From Candidatus Fervidifonticultor quintus (lineage in GTDB: Bacteria > Sysuimicrobiota > Sysuimicrobiia > Sysuimicrobiales > Humicultoraceae), in NCBI GenBank assembly GCA_031459535.1, contig JAVKIJ010000030.1, positions 1-34,683 of the forward strand: a DNA stretch of 34,683 bases, given 5' to 3'. The notes under the pieces were generated by a model. It did no database searches and was not told the origin of the DNA. It saw only the letters and a list, made by a program, of their open reading frames with translations. How positions within the stretch are numbered: position 1 is the first letter of the stretch; every line of letters starts with the position of its first letter. Positions 28,235-34,683 of the stretch are shown piece after piece. A program made the position numbers and the translations under genes.

Positions 28235-31129
28235 ATGTCAACGACCATTGAATCGCCGCGCACGGAGTTCCGTTGGACGATGCTCTTCGAAGAGGGCGAC
28301 GCCACCATGCGGGATCTCCTGGGCGGCAAGGGCGCCGGGCTGGCCGAGATGAGCCGGGTCGGCCTGCCGGTACCGCCAGGGTTCACGATTACCACCAAGG
28401 CGTGCGTCTGGTATATGAACAACGGCCGGCAGTTCCCCGAGGGCCTGATGGACGAGGTGGACGCCCGCATGCGCGCCATCGAGGAGAAGACCGGGAAGAG
28501 GTTCGGCGATCCATCCAACCCGCTGTTGGTCTCGGTGCGCTCAGGCGCCAAGTTCAGCATGCCAGGCATGATGGACACCGTACTCAACCTGGGGCTGAAC
28601 ACCCGGACGCTGGCCGGGCTGATCCGGCTCACGGGCAACGAGCGGTTCGGCCGCGATGCCTATCGGCGGTTCATCCAGATGTTCGGGAAGATCGTCCTCG
28701 ACATTCCGGGTGAGCGCTTCGAGCGCGAGATCGAGAAGCTTAAGCACCGCAAGGGTGTGATGCTCGACACCGACCTCGATGCCCGGGATCTGGCGGAACT
28801 GGCCGAGACCTTCAAACGCATCATCAAGAGCGAGCGTGGGATCGACTTCCCCGAAGATCCCCGCCAGCAGCTTCAGATGGCCATTCAGGCCGTCTTCGAC
28901 TCTTGGTCCGGCAAGCGGGCGGTGGACTACCGCAACTTCCACGGCATCTCCCATGACCTGGGCACCGCCGTGAATGTGCAGACCATGGTCTTCGGCAACA
29001 TGGGGTCAGACTCGGCCACGGGCGTGGCCTTTACCCGAAATCCTGCCACCGGCGAGAAGCAGGTCTTCGGGGAGTATCTGGTCAACGCCCAGGGCGAAGA
29101 CGTCGTGGCCGGTATCCGCACGCCCAAGCCCATCGCTGAGCTCGCGGTGGAAATGCCGAAGTCGTACGATGAGTTCGTCACCGTCTGCGAGATGCTCGAG
29201 CAGCACTACAAGGACGTGCAGGACCTAGAGTTCACCATCGAGCGGGGCCGGCTGTGGATGCTGCAGACGCGGGCCGGCAAGCGCACGGCGCAGGCTGCTG
29301 TCAAGATCGCGGTGGACATGGCTCACGAGGGGCTGATCACCCAGGACGAGGCCGTGTTGCGCGTCGAACCGGGCATGATCGACCAGTTGTTGCACCCTCG
29401 GTTCGACCAGGCCGCCAAGGACGCCGCGGCTAAGCGAGGCCTGTTCCTGGCCAGGGGCCTGAACGCCTCGCCGGGCGCCGCGGTGGGCGTCGCGGTGTTC
29501 GATGCGGATACGGCCGAGGCCTGGGGGAAGAGCGGCAAACCGGTGATCCTGGTGCGGCCCGAGACGAACCCCGATGACGTGCACGGCATGCTGAACGCCC
29601 GGGGGATCCTCACCAGCCGCGGCGGCGCAACCAGTCATGCCGCCGTCGTGGCGCGAGGGCTCGGGGTCCCGTGCGTGGCCGGCTGCGAAGCGATCCGGGT
29701 CGATCCCGAGAAGAAGCTCTTCTCTGTCGACGGCAAGGTGGTCAGGCAGGGCGAGTACCTTTCCATCGACGGTGGCACCGGTGAGGTGTTCGCAGGGCAA
29801 CTCCCGGCCATCGAGCCCCGCCTGGAAGAGCAGAAGGATCTGGTCGAACTGCTCAGTTGGGCCGACCGGGTCCGGCGGCTCGGCGTGTGGGCCAATGCCG
29901 ACTACCCTCGCGATGCCCAGCGCGCCCGGGCGTTCGGCGCCGAGGGGATCGGGTTGTGCCGCACGGAGCACATGTTCTTCGAGGAGGAGCGCTTGCCAGT
30001 GGTCCGGCAGATGATCCTCAATGCGGGGGAGGCCCAGGCCGCCTACGACCGCGTGCGCGACGCCGAGCTGGCGCTGCAGCAGTCGCCCGACGATCCGGGG
30101 CTGCGAGCCAGGCTGAGGGACGCCCGGCGGGCCGTCAAGATGTCCGCGGCGGTCAAGAAGTACCAGTCGGCCCTGGCAACGCTGCTGCGGCTGCAGCGGA
30201 GAGACTTCGAAGGCCTGTTCAAGGTCATGGACGGTCTGCCGGTCATCATACGGCTGATCGACCCGCCGTTGCACGAGTTCCTGCCCCCGCATGACGCGCT
30301 CCTGGAGGAGGTCAGTGCGCTGCGGTCCAGGATCGCTACGCTGGAGGCCCTGCCGCGTTATAAGCCTGGGAGAGGCCGGCCTTCCCTGGAGACACTGCGG
30401 GCCCGCTTGAAGCGCAAGGAGGCCGAACTTGCCACGGTGAACGCCATGCGCGAGGCCAACCCGATGCTGGGCCTTCGAGGCATCCGCCTCGGCCTGACCT
30501 ACCCGGCCATTATCGCCATGCAGTGCCGCGCGATCCTAGAGGCGGCGTGCCGGGTGACCAAGCAGGGCATCCGGGCCCTGCCCGAGATCATGATCCCGCT
30601 GGTGGGGCATCCCAATGAGTTGCGCGAGACCTACCGGGAGTTCGAGCGCGTGGCCAAGGACGTACTGGCCCGCGAGGGCGTGGACCTGCACTACAAGTTC
30701 GGCACGATGATCGAGATCCCGCGGGCCTGTTTTGTGGCCGACGAGATCGCGGAGATCGCCCAGTTCTTCTCGTTCGGGACCAACGACCTGACGCAGACGA
30801 TCTTCGGCATCTCGCGGGACGACGCCGAGGGCAAGTTCCTGCTGCAGTACGTTGAGCGCGGCATCCTGCCGGTCAATCCCTTCCAGACCCTCGACCGCAG
30901 CGGGGTGGGAGAGGCGATGAGGATTGCCGTCACCCGCGGCCGCGCCCGGCGTCCTGACCTGGAGGTCGGCATCTGCGGCGAACACGGCGGCGATCCCGCG
31001 TCGGTGGAATTCTGCCATACCCTCGGTTTGAACTATGTGAGCTGCTCACCCTATCGGGTGCCCGTGGCACGGCTGGCGGCGGCACAGGCGGCGCTGCGCG
31101 AACGGGTGAAGGCCACCCGGGACGTCTAG
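28235..31129 (+). CDS. ppdK: Pyruvate, phosphate dikinase
   Basis: LGGKGAGL, SVRSGAKFSMPGMMDT, phospho-His motif TSHAAVVARG, GLCRTEHMF, FGTNDL, GICGEHGG; AAGGAGGT RBS. Confidence 0.98.
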   Translation: MSTTIESPRTEFRWTMLFEEGDATMRDLLGGKGAGLAEMSRVGLPVPPGFTITTKACVWYMNNGRQFPEGLMDEVDARMRAIEEKTGKRFGDPSNPLLVSVRSGAKFSMPGMMDTVLNLGLNTRTLAGLIRLTGNERFGRDAYRRFIQMFGKIVLDIPGERFEREIEKLKHRKGVMLDTDLDARDLAELAETFKRIIKSERGIDFPEDPRQQLQMAIQAVFDSWSGKRAVDYRNFHGISHDLGTAVNVQTMVFGNMGSDSATGVAFTRNPATGEKQVFGEYLVNAQGEDVVAGIRTPKPIAELAVEMPKSYDEFVTVCEMLEQHYKDVQDLEFTIERGRLWMLQTRAGKRTAQAAVKIAVDMAHEGLITQDEAVLRVEPGMIDQLLHPRFDQAAKDAAAKRGLFLARGLNASPGAAVGVAVFDADTAEAWGKSGKPVILVRPETNPDDVHGMLNARGILTSRGGATSHAAVVARGLGVPCVAGCEAIRVDPEKKLFSVDGKVVRQGEYLSIDGGTGEVFAGQLPAIEPRLEEQKDLVELLSWADRVRRLGVWANADYPRDAQRARAFGAEGIGLCRTEHMFFEEERLPVVRQMILNAGEAQAAYDRVRDAELALQQSPDDPGLRARLRDARRAVKMSAAVKKYQSALATLLRLQRRDFEGLFKVMDGLPVIIRLIDPPLHEFLPPHDALLEEVSALRSRIATLEALPRYKPGRGRPSLETLRARLKRKEAELATVNAMREANPMLGLRGIRLGLTYPAIIAMQCRAILEAACRVTKQGIRALPEIMIPLVGHPNELRETYREFERVAKDVLAREGVDLHYKFGTMIEIPRACFVADEIAEIAQFFSFGTNDLTQTIFGISRDDAEGKFLLQYVERGILPVNPFQTLDRSGVGEAMRIAVTRGRARRPDLEVGICGEHGGDPASVEFCHTLGLNYVSCSPYRVPVARLAAAQAALRERVKATRDV

Positions 31130-31139
31130 GGCGACCGGC

Positions 31140-32201
31140 GTGCGGCCCCGGGACGCGGTCGAGCGGTGGGAGGAGGTGGCTCTGCACCCGCGGGCGGCCC
31201 GGGCGAGGGCGTCGCGCGGTCGGGCCGAACCCGAGCCCGATGATGACCTGCGCACCCCGTTTCAGCGCGACCGCGACCGGATCGTGCACGCCAAGGCGTT
31301 CCGCCGGCTGATGCACAAGACTCAGGTCTTCGTGGCCCCGGAAGGCGATCACTACCGGACCCGGATGACACACACGCTGGAGGTGGCGCAGATTGCTCGT
31401 ACCGTTGCCCGGGCGCTGCGGCTGAACGAGGACCTGACCGAGGCCATCGCGCTGGCCCACGACCTGGGACATCCGCCCTTCGGCCACGCGGGCGAGGCGG
31501 CGTTGAACGAAGCCACGGCCGCCTGGGGAGGCTTCCGGCACGAGTTGCAGAGCCTGCGCGTCGTGGACCGTCTCGAGCAGCGCCGACGGGCTGACGGGAC
31601 GCTGGTCGCCGGGCTCAACCTGACCTGGGAAGTCCGTGATGGCATCGCGGCACATTCCAAGGGTCTACGCGACCTGGACGTCGCTGCCGCCGAGACTGTC
31701 CCCCCGTCCACGCTTGAAGGTCAGGTGGTCCGCCTGGCTGACCGCATCGCCTACGTCCACCACGACACCGACGATGCGATTCGGGCTGGTCTGATCGCCC
31801 CGGCAGACGTGCCCGAGCAGGTGACCCGGGTGCTTGGCCCCACCGGAGGACGTTGGCTCGACGTCATCGTGCGCGACCTGGTGGCGCAGACCGCCGCGCA
31901 CGGGGTGGTAGAGCTCTCCACGCCGGTGCGGGGGGCCGTGGATCTCCTCAAGGACTTCCTGACGGGGCGGGTCTACTCCAGTCCTGCGGCGATGTCCAAT
32001 GCCGCCCGAGGCCAGCGTCTGCTCCGACTGCTCTTCGGGTACTTCACCGAGCATCCTGAGGATGTGCCCGAGGAGATCCGCCAGGTGGCTGAGGGAGAAC
32101 CCGTGCAGCGCGCCGTGTGCGACTTCTTGGCGGGCATGACGGACCGGTACGCCGTCCGCACCTTCACAAACATCTACGTGGTGCACGGACTCGAACGGTA
32201 G
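31140..32201 (+). CDS. dgt: Deoxyguanosinetriphosphate triphosphohydrolase-like HD protein
   Basis: FQRDRDRI, AFRRL.HKTQVF, RTRMTHTLEV, HDLGHPPFGH, ADRIAY, DFLAGMTD. Confidence 0.93.
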   Translation: MRPRDAVERWEEVALHPRAARARASRGRAEPEPDDDLRTPFQRDRDRIVHAKAFRRLMHKTQVFVAPEGDHYRTRMTHTLEVAQIARTVARALRLNEDLTEAIALAHDLGHPPFGHAGEAALNEATAAWGGFRHELQSLRVVDRLEQRRRADGTLVAGLNLTWEVRDGIAAHSKGLRDLDVAAAETVPPSTLEGQVVRLADRIAYVHHDTDDAIRAGLIAPADVPEQVTRVLGPTGGRWLDVIVRDLVAQTAAHGVVELSTPVRGAVDLLKDFLTGRVYSSPAAMSNAARGQRLLRLLFGYFTEHPEDVPEEIRQVAEGEPVQRAVCDFLAGMTDRYAVRTFTNIYVVHGLER

Positions 32202-32246
32202 GAACTGACTGATTCGCCGCACACTGTGGGGGGTGATGGCAGCACG

Positions 32247-34196
32247 ATGAACGCCTTGTGGTTCGGACCGGTCGCCGGTGTGGTGGCATTGGCCTACGCC
32301 GGATTTCTGGCGCAGCTGGTCGGGAGCCGGGATCCCGGGACGCCTGAGATGCGCTCGATCTCGGCAGCGATCCGCGAGGGGGCCATGGCTTTCCTCGCCC
32401 GCGAGTACCAGGCCATTGCCATCTTCGTCGCGGTGATGTTCCTGGTGCTGGCCACCGGGATTACCCCGGGCATCCAGTTCAAGACCGCGGTGGCGTTCGT
32501 GATTGGCGCCGCCTGCTCGGTCAGTGCGGGATTCGTCGGCATGCGGGTGGCCACGCTGGCCAACACGCGCACTGCGCAGGCTGCCCGCGCGGGGTTGATC
32601 CACGCCCTAGGCGTGGCCTTCCCCGGCGGCGCGGTCATGGGGATGACCGTGGTCGGGCTGGGCCTGCTGGGCGTGGGCCTGCTATACCTCTGGTACCGGG
32701 ATGCCGGGCAGGTCATCGGTTTTTCGCTGGGCGCGTCGTCAGTGGCCCTCTTCGCCCGCGTGGGCGGTGGGATCTATACCAAGGGTGCTGATGTGGGCGC
32801 AGACCTGGTCGGCAAGGTCGAGGCCGGGATTCCCGAGGACGACCCGCGCAACCCGGCGGTCATCGCCGATGCGGTGGGCGACAACGTGGGCGACGTGGCC
32901 GGGATGGGCGCGGACCTGTTCGAGTCGTATGTGGGCTCGGTCATCGCCGCCATTGCCATAGGGTTTGCGCAACTGCGGGAGCCAGGCGCGCTGGCGGCGG
33001 TCTTGCTTGCGGGGGTCGGGATCGTCTCCTCGGTGATCGGAAGCCAGTTCGTGCGCGGCGATGACGCGCAGCGGGCGCTGCGGTATGGGACGCTGGCCAG
33101 CGCAGGGTTGATGACCGTCGCCGCCTACTTCGTCGTCAGGGGGGTCCTGGCAGATGCGCGGCCGTTCTGGGCCGTGGTCCTGGGGCTGGCGGCGGGAATT
33201 ATCACGGGCTTGGTCGCCGAGTACTACACCTCAGGCCGCGAGGTGGTGGCGCTCGCTCACACGGCTACCAGGGGACCAGCGCCGGTGGTCATCGCGGGTA
33301 CGGCTCAGGGCATGTTGAGCACCGTTATCCCCCTGGTAGTGATCGCGCTGGCCACCATCTTTGCGTTTCGGCTGGCTGACTTCTATGGGATCGCGCTGGC
33401 CGCGGTGGGGATGCTGTCCATCACCGGGATGACCGTGTCCGTGGACGCGTACGGTCCCATCGCCGACAACTCGGCGGGGATCGCTGAAATGGCGCACCTG
33501 GGCCCCGAGGTGCGCCGCGTGGCCGACTCGCTGGACGCCGCCGGCAACACCACCGCCGCCATCGCCAAGGGCTTCGCCATCGGGTCGGCGGCGCTGACGG
33601 CCCTGGCGCTGTTCTTCTTCTACCGGCAGGCAGTGGGGCTTGAGACGATCAACATCATGGACCCCGATGTGATCGCCGGCCTCTTCATCGGTGGCATCGT
33701 CCCGTTCTTCTTTGCGGCCCTGGCGATGCGGGCCGTCGGCCGGACCGCCGAGAAGATGGTCGAGGAGGTCCGGCGTCAGTTCCGAGAGGTTCGGGGCCTG
33801 ATGGAAGGCACCGGACGGCCGGACTACGCCCGGTGCGTGAGCATCGCCACCGGCGGCGCGCTGCGCGAAATGCTCGTGCCGGGGATCTCGGCGGTGGTCA
33901 TTCCCATCGCGGTGGGCCTGCTGCTGCAGAAGGAAGCCGTGGGCGGGTTGCTGGCCGGCGCCATCGTGACCGGCGTGCCCCTGGCCCTCTATCTGGCCAA
34001 CTCCGGCGGTGCGTGGGACAATGCGAAGAAGTACATCGAAGAGGGGCACTACGGCGGCAAGGGCAGCGACCCGCACAAGGCAGCGGTCATCGGCGACACG
34101 GTCGGCGATCCGTTCAAGGATACTGCCGGACCGGCGCTCAACATTCTGATCAAGCTGATGACCGTGGTGGCGCTGATCTTTGCGCCGCTGTTCTAA
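32247..34196 (+). CDS. hppA: Membrane-integral pyrophosphatase, K+-dependent, probably Na+-translocating
   Basis: [61 protein letters not shown]. Confidence 0.95.
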   Translation: MNALWFGPVAGVVALAYAGFLAQLVGSRDPGTPEMRSISAAIREGAMAFLAREYQAIAIFVAVMFLVLATGITPGIQFKTAVAFVIGAACSVSAGFVGMRVATLANTRTAQAARAGLIHALGVAFPGGAVMGMTVVGLGLLGVGLLYLWYRDAGQVIGFSLGASSVALFARVGGGIYTKGADVGADLVGKVEAGIPEDDPRNPAVIADAVGDNVGDVAGMGADLFESYVGSVIAAIAIGFAQLREPGALAAVLLAGVGIVSSVIGSQFVRGDDAQRALRYGTLASAGLMTVAAYFVVRGVLADARPFWAVVLGLAAGIITGLVAEYYTSGREVVALAHTATRGPAPVVIAGTAQGMLSTVIPLVVIALATIFAFRLADFYGIALAAVGMLSITGMTVSVDAYGPIADNSAGIAEMAHLGPEVRRVADSLDAAGNTTAAIAKGFAIGSAALTALALFFFYRQAVGLETINIMDPDVIAGLFIGGIVPFFFAALAMRAVGRTAEKMVEEVRRQFREVRGLMEGTGRPDYARCVSIATGGALREMLVPGISAVVIPIAVGLLLQKEAVGGLLAGAIVTGVPLALYLANSGGAWDNAKKYIEEGHYGGKGSDPHKAAVIGDTVGDPFKDTAGPALNILIKLMTVVALIFAPLF

Positions 34197-34236
34197 GGCC
34201 CCGGGGCCCGATATCCTGTCTGGTAGGAGGCGTGCC

Positions 34237-34683
34237 GTGAGGCAACGAGGACTGAACGAGATTCCGATCCGGGTGCAGGGGAAGAACTTGCAGGTCACCG
34301 ACGCCCTGCGCACCTACGTGTCCGAGAAGCTCTCCAAGCTCCCCCGTTACTTCGATCAGGTGCAGGACGCGCAGGTCGTGCTCAGCGTGGCCCGCGATCG
34401 CAACCGCGGTCGAGCCCAGGTGGTGGAGATGACGGTGTGGTGCGATGGGGTGGTCCTCCGGGCCGAAGAGGCCTCTGACGACATGTACGCCTCGATCGAT
34501 CTGGCCGCCGAGAAACTCGAGCGCCAGATCGAGAAGTACCGCAGCCGCATGATCGAGAAGCGCCGGCAGGACGAGGCCCGCAGGCGGCAGCGCCGCGAAC
34601 AGTCCGCGGAAGCGGCGCTGCACGCGAGTCCGTCCCGGGAATCGGCCGAGCCGATTCCCGCCATCGTGCGCACCAAGCGCTTC
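34237..34683 (+). CDS. hpf: Ribosome hibernation promoting factor (long HPF/RaiA), truncated by window end
   Basis: Not in the ORF track because it has no stop in the window. GTG 34237 after AGGAGG translates to ..IRVQGKNLQVTDALRTYVSEKLSKL..DMYASIDLAAEKLERQIEKY..IVRTKRF. Confidence 0.93.
   Translation, partial: MRQRGLNEIPIRVQGKNLQVTDALRTYVSEKLSKLPRYFDQVQDAQVVLSVARDRNRGRAQVVEMTVWCDGVVLRAEEASDDMYASIDLAAEKLERQIEKYRSRMIEKRRQDEARRRQRREQSAEAALHASPSRESAEPIPAIVRTKRF

Noticed and set aside
32202..32246. Possible Na+ or fluoride riboswitch before hppA
   Set aside because: Gap is only 45 bp and I see no matching consensus.
34212..34217. TATCCT as a -10 element for hpf
   Set aside because: No good -35 or extended TG; too weak to call.

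Overview
A GC-rich (roughly 70% by eye) bacterial chromosome segment. All 31 supported CDSs lie on the + strand, tightly packed, and many overlap at their start/stop codons. Gene order: hrcA(partial)-dnaJ-prmA-rsmE | argC-argJ-argB-argD-argG-argH-argR-phoH-pgpH-like(7TM-HD)-ybeY-dgkA-TAXI/TRAP permease-TAXI binding protein-DUF1850-like | CNNM/HlyC-CorC-DUF502-cdd | MgtE-cytosolic/CBS protein-NRAMP-related (NrmT-like) transporter-recO | DUF4342-like | Gly T-box-glyQ-glyS-ppdK-dGTPase-membrane PPase-hpf(partial). The backbone resembles the Firmicutes/Terrabacteria dnaJ-to-glyQS neighbourhood. An Armatimonadota/Sysuimicrobiota- or Chloroflexota-like host is a guess only. I see no mobile element, CRISPR array, tRNA/rRNA or clear pseudogene. 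The best leads are regulatory: (1) a leaderless argC promoter covered by tandem ARG boxes, possibly driving a ~15 kb unit that ends in a probable glutamate TAXI-TRAP importer; (2) a short structured leader that hides the RBS of a split MgtE-CBS/NrmT Mg2+ uptake pair and is not an M-box; (3) a complete Gly T-box with an unusual UGGG antiterminator bulge; (4) a probable AUA start codon; (5) a YbeY with a His-to-Asp change at a metal ligand. This is mostly housekeeping DNA, and these leads are hypotheses.
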